Origin: Candidatus Poribacteria bacterium
GTDB taxonomy: Bacteria > Poribacteria > WGA-4E > UBA9662
Assembly (NCBI GenBank): GCA_046582655.1
Contig: JAYGDX010000279.1
Location: 1-64,000, forward strand
Direction of reading: 5' to 3'
DNA length: 64,000 nt
Of this stretch, positions 9,954 through 20,136 are shown in pieces. A model generated the notes under the pieces. The model was not told the DNA's origin and made no database searches. It saw nothing but the letters and a program-made list of their open reading frames with translations. Each line of letters begins with the position of its first letter. Position 1 is the stretch's first letter. The translations under genes and the position numbers were made by a program.

Positions 9954-9975
9954 ACATCTTACACAGGAGACAATT

Positions 9976-12273
9976 ATGGATGCATCTTCTAAGAGTAGTG
10001 TTGAATCAGACCCTCCGCTGATAGACCAGGTACCTGTAGAACTGGAACCTCGAATTAAAGAATTTTTTGGCGACACAGAGGAAATTAAAGTTGCTGTTTC
10101 AACCGATTTACTTGAAAATGGGAATTACGGCCAAGATTGGCTTATTGCCACTGCCAGCCAACTAATTATGGCTCGGCTGAATGGGGCACTGGAGCATGAT
10201 CTCCAGGCGATACCCCTTAAGGATATTGAAACTGTGGATATCCGAGTTTTCCATGGTAACAATGTGATGAAAGTGAGAACTCATGATCGTGGTATCGAAG
10301 TGGCGAGATATTCAAAAGCAGCCACGGAAAAGTTTTTCGACGCCAAGTCTGAGATCGATTTTCTGATTCGACAAATCCAGCCGGAAGATTCGGACAAAAA
10401 AGAAGAAAGAAAGCATTCAAGATCATCTCACTCCAGGCGAAAAAAGACAAAATGCGATCAGTGCGGCAGAGCAATTCCGCACTGGGCAGATGTATGTACT
10501 TACTGCATTGAAAAACGAAAATTGCTTTTTCGGTTACTTGCTTATGCCTTACCACACTGGAAAATATCGTTAGGCGCATTTCTGATCATGGTATTTGTCA
10601 GGGCAGTAAGCGTGTACCCGGGTATTCTTAACAAGAGGCTCTTTGACGAAGTGTTTATCCCACCTGAGAATGTTGAATCCTCTGGTTTTTCGGGACTTGT
10701 TGCCATTGTCTTAATGATGATTGGTGTAAATGTGTTTACTACCAGTTTTTCCACAATTCGCAGCTATGTTATGGCGATTGTCGGTCAAAAGGTGAAGCAT
10801 AAACTTCGGACGGAAGCTTACCAGCATTTGAACCGGTTGTCTATCGACTTCTACCAAAAACGTAATACTGGGAACATTATGTCCCGACTCACTCAGGATG
10901 TTGGCAGGTTGGAGGATTTCATCGCCTATGGTCTTCAGGACATGGTAGGTGACATCTTAATGCTCTTCTTTATGTTCTCAGTTATGATCTACTACAATTG
11001 GCAGTTGACCTTGCTTTCGATGATTCCAATTCCGCTTATCATTGTGTTCACGGTATATTTCGGCAAGAAAGTGAAAAAGATATACCATATTGTTTGGAAG
11101 CAAATAGCAGGTATTAGCACAATTCTGGCCAGCGTGATCCCGGGTGTTAAGGTGGTCAAAGCGTTTGGCCGTGAAGAGTACGAGAACGGCAGATTTGTCA
11201 AACAAAGTCAGCGTGTTCTTGAGACCGGTCTCCGTTCAGCCAGATGGGAGTCGATCTATGGTCCAACGATGGGTTTTATTACCTTTTCAGGTTCCATTAT
11301 CCTTTGGTTTGCTGGTGGCAGGCAGTTGCTTAATGGCGATTTAACACCTGGCGAGTTGATTATGTTTATGGGATACATGATGCAGCTGTTGGGACCGGTT
11401 CGGATGCTTTCCGGTTTGAACCGGCGTTTTTTGCGAGCGGCGACTTCGGCCGAGAGGGTGTTTGAGATTCTGGATACTCCCCCAGATATTGCTGATAGTA
11501 AAAATTCAGTTAGACTTGAACACGTAAGCGGTGAGGTTGAGTTCCGTAACGTTTCTTTTTCGTATGACGACGAACAGGAAGCCCTCAACGATGTCAGCTT
11601 CATTGTTCAACCAGGTGAAATGATTGGTTTAGCCGGTCACAGCGGTGCTGGAAAAAGTACGCTGATCAGCCTGATAACGCGGTTCTATGATCCGACTGGT
11701 GGTGATATTTTTCTGGATGGAAAGAATCTGAATGATATTCAGTTGGATTCGCTTAGGGATCGGATAGGTGTGGTTCTTCAAGATCCGTTCTTGTTTAATG
11801 GGACTGTGGCTGAAAATATCGGTTATAGCAAGTTGGACGCGGCCAAGACAGAAATTGTTGCTGCTGCCAAGGTAGCGAATGCCCACGAGTTTATCGTCAA
11901 TTTCCCAGATGGCTACGATACCATAGTAGGCGAACGGGGAGCCAGAGTATCGGGTGGTGAGCGGCAACGAATTTCGATTGCTCGCGCAATTCTGAAAAAT
12001 CCACAGATCCTGATTTTGGATGAAGCCACATCTTCGATTGATACTGAAACGGAATCAAAGATTCAGGAAGCGCTGGAGCGACTGATCCGAGGCCGTACAG
12101 TCTTTGCCATTGCTCATCGTCTGTCAACACTAAAATATTCTAATCGGCTGTTAATTTTGACGGACGGTAAAGTTGAGGAAATTGGCACCCATGAGGAACT
12201 GGTTGCCAAAGATGGCACATATGCGTCATTGTGCCAAAAACAAACAGATCTGTCTAGGATCCGTGCTTTGTAA
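9976..12273 (+). CDS. ABC exporter (fused TMD + NBD) with a ~180-aa N-terminal extension containing a CxxC…CxxC zinc ribbon
   Basis: Walker A GHSGAGKS, signature VSGGERQR, LILDEATS, IAHRLST; CDQC…CTYC; SD AGGAG. Confidence 0.92.
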   Translation: MDASSKSSVESDPPLIDQVPVELEPRIKEFFGDTEEIKVAVSTDLLENGNYGQDWLIATASQLIMARLNGALEHDLQAIPLKDIETVDIRVFHGNNVMKVRTHDRGIEVARYSKAATEKFFDAKSEIDFLIRQIQPEDSDKKEERKHSRSSHSRRKKTKCDQCGRAIPHWADVCTYCIEKRKLLFRLLAYALPHWKISLGAFLIMVFVRAVSVYPGILNKRLFDEVFIPPENVESSGFSGLVAIVLMMIGVNVFTTSFSTIRSYVMAIVGQKVKHKLRTEAYQHLNRLSIDFYQKRNTGNIMSRLTQDVGRLEDFIAYGLQDMVGDILMLFFMFSVMIYYNWQLTLLSMIPIPLIIVFTVYFGKKVKKIYHIVWKQIAGISTILASVIPGVKVVKAFGREEYENGRFVKQSQRVLETGLRSARWESIYGPTMGFITFSGSIILWFAGGRQLLNGDLTPGELIMFMGYMMQLLGPVRMLSGLNRRFLRAATSAERVFEILDTPPDIADSKNSVRLEHVSGEVEFRNVSFSYDDEQEALNDVSFIVQPGEMIGLAGHSGAGKSTLISLITRFYDPTGGDIFLDGKNLNDIQLDSLRDRIGVVLQDPFLFNGTVAENIGYSKLDAAKTEIVAAAKVANAHEFIVNFPDGYDTIVGERGARVSGGERQRISIARAILKNPQILILDEATSSIDTETESKIQEALERLIRGRTVFAIAHRLSTLKYSNRLLILTDGKVEEIGTHEELVAKDGTYASLCQKQTDLSRIRAL

Positions 12274-12312
12274 ATGTTGCCTCAGTGGACAAATTAAATT
12301 CGAATGAAATAA

Positions 12313-12544
12313 GAGCTTAACTGGATAGTCTGTTTTCAGGGGCTGTCATTTTACTTGATTCTTGACTTGGAGAGGTGTCTTTGCAGTCTTATGAACAGGT
12401 CAAGATCTCTGAAGCAGGTAACAGAATTAGCTTGGTGGCGTCCCTTGATCCGGTTATTCTTCCAATTCGGCGTATTCAGCTCAACTGCAAGTTGAGTTGA
12501 GTTCGTTGCTGGGAGGAGTGATCGGCTTGAGGCTAGCGTTTTTT
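12313..12544 (+). ncRNA. Candidate structured RNA (or decayed palindromic element): two long hairpins followed by a T run
   Basis: Hairpin 2 (12437-12540) has ~43 bp including ~13 G-U pairs; hairpin 1 (12313-12433) has stacked stems with a 17-nt one-sided bulge; no family recognised. Confidence 0.5.
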
Positions 12545-12583
12545 GGTGTGTGATTCCTCAAAATCTGGTGGAGAAATACAAAG

Positions 12584-13342
12584 ATGAGCAATCTGAAGAA
12601 GTTTCTGTGGAATAAGGACAAACGGTCTTCCATCAGTTTAACTTTTGATGATGGAATGAAGTCGCATCTGGATTTGGCCATTCCTATCTTAGAAGATTTT
12701 GGATTAGCTGGGACTTTCTATCCGGTTGCCGGCGGAGATTGGCAAGCATCACTCAATCGCTTTAGACCTGCATTCGAAAACGGTCATGAAATCGGGAATC
12801 ATTCTATTCATCACTGGTGCAGTTGTGCCGCCAGTATTAATTTAGATCGAAATGGACTGGAATACCGGACTTATGATGAACTTGAATCCGAACTGCAATC
12901 TGCCGATCAGCGGTTTCGTGCGGTTTTTCCTGAAATTAATCGATGGAGCTTCTGCTATCCATGTTATAATACTTTTGTCGGTCGTGGTAAAGGCCGACGG
13001 AGCTATGTTCCAGTTGTTGCCAACCATTTCTTTGCGGCTAGGGCAGGATGTGAGATGTCGGTTGCGATCAATTCACCATATCATGCTGATCTGCACTGTT
13101 TGAATTCGTGGAAGTGTGAGTACCGATCAGCGGGTGATCTCATCAGTTTGGTTGAACGAACAAACGACCTTGGTGGATGGAGCATTTTTACGTTTCATGG
13201 AATTGGGGAAGGACACTTGCCTGTTGAGCGTTCCGACTTCGAGAAGTTGTGTGATTATTTGGATAAAGCGCGCGACCATCTTTGGACAGCACCATTAATG
13301 GATGTGGCTGAAGATTTGTGTAATAGTAAGATTGATCAATGA
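12584..13342 (+). CDS. Polysaccharide deacetylase family protein (NodB-like)
   Basis: SLTFDDG, GHEIGNHSIHH, FCYP, IFTFHG. Confidence 0.88.
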   Translation: MSNLKKFLWNKDKRSSISLTFDDGMKSHLDLAIPILEDFGLAGTFYPVAGGDWQASLNRFRPAFENGHEIGNHSIHHWCSCAASINLDRNGLEYRTYDELESELQSADQRFRAVFPEINRWSFCYPCYNTFVGRGKGRRSYVPVVANHFFAARAGCEMSVAINSPYHADLHCLNSWKCEYRSAGDLISLVERTNDLGGWSIFTFHGIGEGHLPVERSDFEKLCDYLDKARDHLWTAPLMDVAEDLCNSKIDQ

Positions 13343-14121
13343 ACCGGAGTGGTTTTATCAAGATTGCCCATCGTGGTGCATCAGGGCTTGCTCCGGAGAA
13401 CACTCTCCAAGCATTCAGCAAAGCATTAGAAATCGGCGTTGATGGCGTGGAATTAGATGTACACGGTACGGCGGATGGTGAGTTGGTTGTTTTGCATGAT
13501 CGGACCTTAGATCGCACTACCGACAGAACCGGTTTTGTTAATGAAATGGCGCTGGCAAAAATTCGGGAAGCCGATGCTGGCGCTTGGTTCGGCACCTCTT
13601 CCATTGGTGAAAAAGTACCGACCTTAATTGAATCGCTTGATCTGATTAAGGCCTCAGCAATTACCGTGTTGGAAGTTAAAGATGAGCAGGTATCAGTTGA
13701 GGTCGTTCGAGCTATTCATGACACACAAGCAGTCAGCAGCGTAATTGTTATTTCGTTCTACGCTTCGGTGCTGTCGGAAGTTCGCGGTATTGACCCGCGG
13801 ATACCAACTGGGTTTTTAACCTCTGGAGACATTAAAGCCAATCAACATGAACAGGTTATAGAGTCTATCCATACTACCTGTGAAATTGGTGCTTCGACTC
13901 TAAACGTGGAACATGAGATGGTGGATGCAAGATTCACTTGGGAAGTGCAGCGGCGCGGTATCAACCTCTGGGCATGGACAGTTGATGACGTGGTGCAAAT
14001 GCGGCGGCTCGTCGAATTCGGAGTACAAGGTATCACTTCAAATTTTCCGGATCGTTTCGCTCAGGTGGAGAAATGGGCTATTAATCACAATCGCAACGAA
14101 ATTTACAATCGAGGAAATTAG
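13339..14121 (+). CDS. Glycerophosphodiester phosphodiesterase (GDPD family)
   Basis: IAHRGAS…PENT, ELDV, VVLHD, WTVD…GITSNFP; ATGA overlap with the upstream gene. Confidence 0.93.
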   Translation: MNRSGFIKIAHRGASGLAPENTLQAFSKALEIGVDGVELDVHGTADGELVVLHDRTLDRTTDRTGFVNEMALAKIREADAGAWFGTSSIGEKVPTLIESLDLIKASAITVLEVKDEQVSVEVVRAIHDTQAVSSVIVISFYASVLSEVRGIDPRIPTGFLTSGDIKANQHEQVIESIHTTCEIGASTLNVEHEMVDARFTWEVQRRGINLWAWTVDDVVQMRRLVEFGVQGITSNFPDRFAQVEKWAINHNRNEIYNRGN

Positions 14122-14123
14122 AT

Positions 14124-14723
14124 TTGCGGATTTCAGATGAAAAACTGATGATGCGATGCCGGAATGGTGATACTGGTGCATTTGAATTAATCGTAATGCG
14201 GTTCAAGGACCAGATTATCAATTATATCTGTCGTTCAGTTGGTGATTATCACCAAGCTGAAGATTTGGCACAGGAGACTTTTTTACGCATATATAAAAAT
14301 GCTTGCAGTTACGAACCCCGTTCAAAATTTAAGAATTGGTTATATCTGATTGCAACCAACCTGTGCCGAAACGAAATTCGGGATCGGAATCGCCGAAAAA
14401 CCGACTTGCTTACTGAAGTATCAACTGAAGACCAGGAAACCGATTATTTGAACCTTTTGCCTGATTTTCGATATATGCCGGATCGGCTGTATGAAAAAAA
14501 AGAACGGGAATTAATTATCCAGCAGAAGATAAATTGCCTGCCTGAAAATCAGCGCCTCAGTCTCATTCTGGTAACTTATCAAGGCATGAGCTACGAAGAG
14601 ATTGCCGAGATTATTGGTTGTTCGGTCAGTGCGGTAAAGTCATTGATTCACCGCTCGCGACAGAATATGAAAAAGTTACTTGTAGAAGCCGGAATTGGAG
14701 AAAGTCACAATGCCAGAATCTGA
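14124..14723 (+). CDS. ECF RNA polymerase sigma factor
   Basis: AEDLAQETF (region 2), WLYLIATNLCRN, GMSYEEIAEIIG…VKSLIHRSR (region 4). Confidence 0.93.
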   Translation: MRISDEKLMMRCRNGDTGAFELIVMRFKDQIINYICRSVGDYHQAEDLAQETFLRIYKNACSYEPRSKFKNWLYLIATNLCRNEIRDRNRRKTDLLTEVSTEDQETDYLNLLPDFRYMPDRLYEKKERELIIQQKINCLPENQRLSLILVTYQGMSYEEIAEIIGCSVSAVKSLIHRSRQNMKKLLVEAGIGESHNARI

Positions 14724-15234
14724 AGACATTAGCATCCAACTTTCTGCCTATTTTGATGGTGAAATGTCTAGGCAGGAGCAACTGATGATCAAACAATCTC
14801 TCGGAAATTCGCCCGATGATGCTTTCGAGCTAATGCAGATCACGCAAATAGATCAATTACTTAGACAGCTAGATCCGATTGAGACAACAGATCAATTCTT
14901 ACTAGAACTCATGCGAAGGGTGTCAGAAATACCGCCACAAGAAAGTCTGTCACTCGCTCTACTTAACAGATACGCACAGAGACTCCAATCATGGTTTGGT
15001 TTGTTACGCTACCGGTCTCAGCTTAAATTTCACTCAGTTATTCTTGGGGTTACTGCATTTATTCTCATTTGTGTGGCAACCTTCTTTTTTCAAACCCATC
15101 CGATTCCACAACAAGTAAATGTCCCATTAATTGCACGTTCGACTGATCGATTAATTCGGGTTGACTTGGTGTCGATGCCAATGACTAAAAAGCAGCCGCT
15201 TATATTACCTATTCACATGGAAAGAGAAAGATAG
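14710..15234 (+). CDS. Transmembrane anti-sigma factor
   Basis: Overlaps the sigma gene; N-terminal QLSAYFDGE anti-sigma motif; single TM helix VILGVTAFILICVATFFF. Confidence 0.8.
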   Translation: MPESEDISIQLSAYFDGEMSRQEQLMIKQSLGNSPDDAFELMQITQIDQLLRQLDPIETTDQFLLELMRRVSEIPPQESLSLALLNRYAQRLQSWFGLLRYRSQLKFHSVILGVTAFILICVATFFFQTHPIPQQVNVPLIARSTDRLIRVDLVSMPMTKKQPLILPIHMERER

Positions 15235-15238
15235 GATC

Positions 15239-18200
15239 ATGGCAACCTCGGCTTTTGTGCACCTGCATAATCACAGCGAATACAGTTTACTTGATGGAGC
15301 ATGCCGTATTAGTGAAATGGTTGATTGGGCTTACGATAACAGTGTGCCTGCAGTTGCGTTGACGGATCACGGGAATATGTTTGGTGCTTACGAATTCTAT
15401 GTGACAGCAAAGGAGAAAGGTGTTAATCCTATTGTGGGTTGTGAGGTTTATGTGGCACCGGATAGTCGAAATAGTCGAGATCAGAGCCAAAGAAAACCTT
15501 ACCATCTGACACTTATTGCCGAGGATGAAACGGGCTACAAAAATCTGATGCGACTGGTCTCCGTTGCTTACATAGAGGGTTTCTACTTTAGACCTAGAAT
15601 TGATATGGAGGTGCTACGCGAATACCATGAGGGAATTATTGCTTTGACTGGTTGTATTAATGGATTTGTTCCTGCTTTAGTGAGTGATGATCAGGCAGCT
15701 GCTGTTAGGAACCTGCAGATGTTGATAGATATTATGGGCAAACACAACCTGTATGTCGAGATTCAAAATCATGGATTGGATGTAGAACTTCAGACCATGC
15801 CAACTTTAGTCAAGATTGCTGAGGAGTTTGAACTTCCGATGGTAGGTACTAACGATTCGCATTACCTATCAAAAGGAGACCATAATTTGCATGACATTCT
15901 GTTGTGTGTCCAAACAGGGAAATTGGTTAGTGATCAACAGCGATTGACATTTGAAAATCAGTTTTATCTCAAAACGATTGATGAGATGCATCAGGTGTTC
16001 AAAGACTATCCGGCAGAAGTCATTGCTAACACTATCACTCTAGCCACCCGATGCCAACTCAGCCTTTCATATGGCCAGAACATTATGCCTGAATATAAGG
16101 TGCCCGAGGGTCATACAGCCAATAGTTATTTGAAAGATGTATGCTATCAGGGGTTAAATGATCTTATTGAAAGTGAATTGCCAAAAGAGATCCGGGCCCG
16201 TATTGACTATGAACTTTCAGTAATTGGACAAACTGGTTATGCCGGGTATTTCCTGATTGTGTGGGATTATGTCAATTATGCGCGTCACCAGGGATTCCCG
16301 CTAAATGCTCGCGGCTCAGCTGGTGGTAGCCTGGTTCTTTATGCCTTGGGTGTCACAACTTTTAATCCGATGGATTATGGCTGCATTTTTGAAAGGTTCC
16401 TTAATCTGGAACGTATTGATATGCCTGATATCGATATCGACTTTGCTCCTGAACACCGAGATCTAGTGATTCAATATCTTATCGATAAATATGGTGCGGA
16501 GTCCGTTGGCTACGTTGCTACCTTTAATACCTTAGGAGCTAAGCAAGCAATCAGAGATGTTGGTCGCGTATTGAATATGCCTTTGGGTGAAGTAGATCGA
16601 CTGGCTAAGCAGATCCCTTTGATCCCTGGGATTACAATTGATGAAGCGTTGGATGAATCACCACAATTTAAAGAAATTGCTGATGAACCGCAAAATGCAG
16701 ATTTAATGTATTATGCAACTTCTCTCGAGGGAATCAAACGGCACGTTTCGATTCATGCGTCCGGAATTGTGCTTGCTAATGGAGCACTTACTGATTACGT
16801 CCCGCTTTTTAAGGATAAAAACGATCGAATTGCTACCCAGTTTGAGTTGCAGACCTTAGCTAAAGTTGGAATGGTAAAATTCGATTTTTTGGGATTAAGA
16901 ACATTATCTGAGGTCCATAATTGCCTGGAGAGAGTCAATAGGAAACATGGCCTTAATCTCAAACTTGAAGACATTCCATTTGATGATGACGAGACTTACA
17001 AGCTCATCGGCAAAGGTCTTGTGGCGGGGTTGTTTCAGTTGGAAACTTCTCCGGGTATGAAACGCGTCATTATGCAGATCAAACCGGATAAGTTCGAGGA
17101 TTTTATCCCAATTCCTGCGCTTTATAGACCCGGACCACTTGATAGTGGGATGATGGATAGTTTTATTCGACGGAAACTTGGGCTTGAGAAGGTTTCTTAT
17201 CTGCATCCAGTTTTGGAAGAAGTTCTTCGAGAAACGTATGGTGTATGTATCTATCAGGAACAGGTGATGCAAATAGCTCAGGCCATGGCAGGGTTTAGCC
17301 TGGGTGAGGCGGATGTCCTGCGTTACGCTATGGGCAAGAAGAAAGCGGATCTCCTCAGAGAACAGACAGAAAAATTTATCGATGGTTGTATGAAAAATAA
17401 CATTTCGAGCAACAAGGCAATTGAAGTTTTTGAGTATCTTCAACCTTTTGGGAGATATGCTTTTAACAAATCACATACAACAGCATATGCGATTTTGTCA
17501 TATCAGATGGCATATCTTAAAACACACTACCCGCGGGAGTTCATGTCATCAATGATGACAGGAGAATCGGCATATAGCGAAAAAATAATGAAATATATGA
17601 TCGAATGTAAGAAACTTGCCGATTTCTTTGGAACAGAGATCCAAGTGCTTCCTCCAGATGTCAACAGCAGCGAAACTACCTTTACAGTAGTTGATCGTGA
17701 TATTCGTTTCGGTCTAGCTGCAGTGAAAAATGTGAGTCAAGGCGCGATTCAGGCGATTGTCGATGTCCGAATGAAAGATGGTCCCTTCACCTCACTTCAG
17801 GATTTTTGCCAACGTGTTGATAGTAGCGCAATCAATAAACGTGCGATTGAAAGCCTAGTTATGGCAGGTGCGTTCGATACACTTGGTGATGGACATCGGG
17901 CTCAATATCTTGCAAGTCTTGATCAGGCTTTAAAAGCAGCGCAAAGTACGCAAAGTGACATTGCCAAGGGGCAGATGTCGCTGTTTAGTGGTGATGATGA
18001 TGCTGATTCTCAAATCCAATTTGAACTTGAGGAATCAGAAGAAATGAACTATGATGAAAAACTTGATAACGAAAAAGAGATGCTTGGATTTTATCTGTCC
18101 GGGCACCCGCTTGAACAATACGAAGATTTACTGAAATTCTATGCTACTGTAACATCTGAATCGCTTTATGAGCATCGTTATGACACTGAAGTTTACGCCA

Positions 18201-18733
18201 TAGGAATGATTTCTGAAGTTCGAGTTGTAACAACAAAGAAAAGCGGAGATCGAATGGCTATCGTCACCCTTGAGGATCTTGAAGGAGCCATACCCATGGT
18301 TATATTTCCTGAGACTTATGAGGTATCAAGGAGCCTTATTGAGAAAAACAAGGTCATATGGGTTCGTGGAGATATAAGCGTGGATATGCGGAGTAAGAAG
18401 ACAGATGACGATGGGAACGAAATCGACATCCGTCAGATCCAAGTGAACGAAGTTGTGGCCATCGAAGATTTGGTTGAATCAAAGACTTCCTCAGTTGAAA
18501 TTGTTATTCCTAAAGTTACTACCTCTGAACCAATAGAGCAACTGAAAAAATTGTGTGCCAAATATCGGGGAGAGCATGATTTGATTTTGCGGCTTACCAG
18601 TTCAAAATTTGGAGAAGTTATTGTTCAGTGTGGTGGTAGGTATAAAATCAACGATAGTGAGACAGCTATCAAAGAGATTGAATCGCTTTTTGGAGATAGT
18701 ACGGTTCATCGCAGTAATCGAACACATCGTTAA
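15239..18733 (+). CDS. dnaE: DNA polymerase III subunit alpha
   Basis: PHP HLHNHSEYSLLDG, RGSAGGS, PDIDIDF, KFDFLGL, FNKSH, clamp-binding QMSLF, C-terminal OB fold. Confidence 0.98.
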   Translation: MATSAFVHLHNHSEYSLLDGACRISEMVDWAYDNSVPAVALTDHGNMFGAYEFYVTAKEKGVNPIVGCEVYVAPDSRNSRDQSQRKPYHLTLIAEDETGYKNLMRLVSVAYIEGFYFRPRIDMEVLREYHEGIIALTGCINGFVPALVSDDQAAAVRNLQMLIDIMGKHNLYVEIQNHGLDVELQTMPTLVKIAEEFELPMVGTNDSHYLSKGDHNLHDILLCVQTGKLVSDQQRLTFENQFYLKTIDEMHQVFKDYPAEVIANTITLATRCQLSLSYGQNIMPEYKVPEGHTANSYLKDVCYQGLNDLIESELPKEIRARIDYELSVIGQTGYAGYFLIVWDYVNYARHQGFPLNARGSAGGSLVLYALGVTTFNPMDYGCIFERFLNLERIDMPDIDIDFAPEHRDLVIQYLIDKYGAESVGYVATFNTLGAKQAIRDVGRVLNMPLGEVDRLAKQIPLIPGITIDEALDESPQFKEIADEPQNADLMYYATSLEGIKRHVSIHASGIVLANGALTDYVPLFKDKNDRIATQFELQTLAKVGMVKFDFLGLRTLSEVHNCLERVNRKHGLNLKLEDIPFDDDETYKLIGKGLVAGLFQLETSPGMKRVIMQIKPDKFEDFIPIPALYRPGPLDSGMMDSFIRRKLGLEKVSYLHPVLEEVLRETYGVCIYQEQVMQIAQAMAGFSLGEADVLRYAMGKKKADLLREQTEKFIDGCMKNNISSNKAIEVFEYLQPFGRYAFNKSHTTAYAILSYQMAYLKTHYPREFMSSMMTGESAYSEKIMKYMIECKKLADFFGTEIQVLPPDVNSSETTFTVVDRDIRFGLAAVKNVSQGAIQAIVDVRMKDGPFTSLQDFCQRVDSSAINKRAIESLVMAGAFDTLGDGHRAQYLASLDQALKAAQSTQSDIAKGQMSLFSGDDDADSQIQFELEESEEMNYDEKLDNEKEMLGFYLSGHPLEQYEDLLKFYATVTSESLYEHRYDTEVYAIGMISEVRVVTTKKSGDRMAIVTLEDLEGAIPMVIFPETYEVSRSLIEKNKVIWVRGDISVDMRSKKTDDDGNEIDIRQIQVNEVVAIEDLVESKTSSVEIVIPKVTTSEPIEQLKKLCAKYRGEHDLILRLTSSKFGEVIVQCGGRYKINDSETAIKEIESLFGDSTVHRSNRTHR

Positions 18734-18847
18734 GGGAATCAGCCGTAACATTCTATAAGTTTGAGCTAATCTGTTTCTGTTGTGTAACCAAGAGAGTTTG
18801 TGCTAAGAAGCATCGGCTTTTTAACCGTGATTTTTTGGGAGAAAATT

Positions 18848-20017
18848 ATGTCTAATCTTTTTCAGCCTACACCTGAGGATCAATTTACCTTTGGTCTATG
18901 GACAGTTGGAAATCCTGGGCGAGATCCATTTGGAGATCTAGTCCGTCCAATAATGGAACCTACTTATTCGGTTCAGAAACTCAGCCAACTTGGTGCGTGT
19001 GGAGTAAACCTTCACGATAATGATCTGGTGCCATTTGGCGCATCGGCTAGTAAGCAAGACCAGATTGTCAAGGAATTCAAGCAGGTACTCGAAGATTGCA
19101 ACATGAAAGTGCCAATGGCTACGACGAATCTATTTTTTCATCCAGTTTTTAGGGATGGTGCGTTTACTTCCAATAATCCGAAAGTCCGAGCATTTGCCCT
19201 GCAAAAGACAGTCAGATCTATCGATTTGGGTGTCGATTTGGGAGCCAAGATTTACGTGTTCTGGGGTGGTCGCGAAGGGACTGAAGTCGATGCGTCCAAG
19301 AATGGTCCTGATACTGTCAAATGGTTTCGAGAGTCGATTAATTTCTTGGCAGAATATGTAGTGGATCAGGGATATGATCTGAGATTTGCCTTGGAAGCCA
19401 AACCGAATGAGCCGCGGGCGGATATTTATATGCCGACTACAGGCCATATGCTGCATTTCGTTGAGACATTGGATCGTCCCGAAATGGTTGGTGTGAATCC
19501 GGAATTTGCACATGAAACGATGGCTGGCCTTAATTTTTTGCATGGTGTGATACAAGCTTACGAGGCGGGAAAATTGTTTCATATTGATCTCAACGATCAG
19601 AAGATGGGGCGTTTCGATCAAGATCTTCGTTTCGGATCAGAGAATATCAAGGCTGCGTTCTTTCTGGTCAAATTTTTGGAGGATGTAGAATGGTCAGGTA
19701 TGCGTCACTTCGATGCACATGCGTATCGGACTGAGGATGAACAAGGTGTATGGGACTTCGCTTCCGGCTGTATGCGAACTTATTTGATCCTGAAGGAAAA
19801 GGCGCGACAGTTCAACGAAGACGCGGAAATTCAAGGTTTGCTGTCAGAAGTTCAGCGACGGGACGAGTCGCTAGAACAGATTGTTACAACCTACAGCAGC
19901 GGAAATGTCGAGGCTCTTCAAGCAATCGATTTTCAACCTGACAAGATAGCAGAGAAAGGCCACTCCTACGAAAAACTCGATCAGTTGACAGTCGAACTGT
20001 TGCTTGGTGTTAGGTAG
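18848..20017 (+). CDS. xylA: Xylose isomerase (short, class I/actinobacterial type)
   Basis: [47 protein letters not shown] 18848 with GGGAGA SD. Confidence 0.95.
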   Translation: MSNLFQPTPEDQFTFGLWTVGNPGRDPFGDLVRPIMEPTYSVQKLSQLGACGVNLHDNDLVPFGASASKQDQIVKEFKQVLEDCNMKVPMATTNLFFHPVFRDGAFTSNNPKVRAFALQKTVRSIDLGVDLGAKIYVFWGGREGTEVDASKNGPDTVKWFRESINFLAEYVVDQGYDLRFALEAKPNEPRADIYMPTTGHMLHFVETLDRPEMVGVNPEFAHETMAGLNFLHGVIQAYEAGKLFHIDLNDQKMGRFDQDLRFGSENIKAAFFLVKFLEDVEWSGMRHFDAHAYRTEDEQGVWDFASGCMRTYLILKEKARQFNEDAEIQGLLSEVQRRDESLEQIVTTYSSGNVEALQAIDFQPDKIAEKGHSYEKLDQLTVELLLGVR

Positions 20018-20136
20018 GGTTGTCTTAGTGCCTTATATTTTGTTATTTGCCATCAGCTACATTGGATTATATCGTGTCTCTGTTTTAAGGTGTTTTTTTT
20101 ATTGCTCATAACTTAATTTCGTAAGAGGTTGAAAAT

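Noticed and set aside
9789..9992. 67-aa ORF across the repeat arrays
   Set aside because: Its repetitive sequence simply mirrors the DNA repeats; no SD; it overlaps promoter elements
15239..18733. Intein or error-prone DnaE2
   Set aside because: Normal length, contiguous motifs, clamp-binding motif and C-terminal domains present; no imuA/imuB
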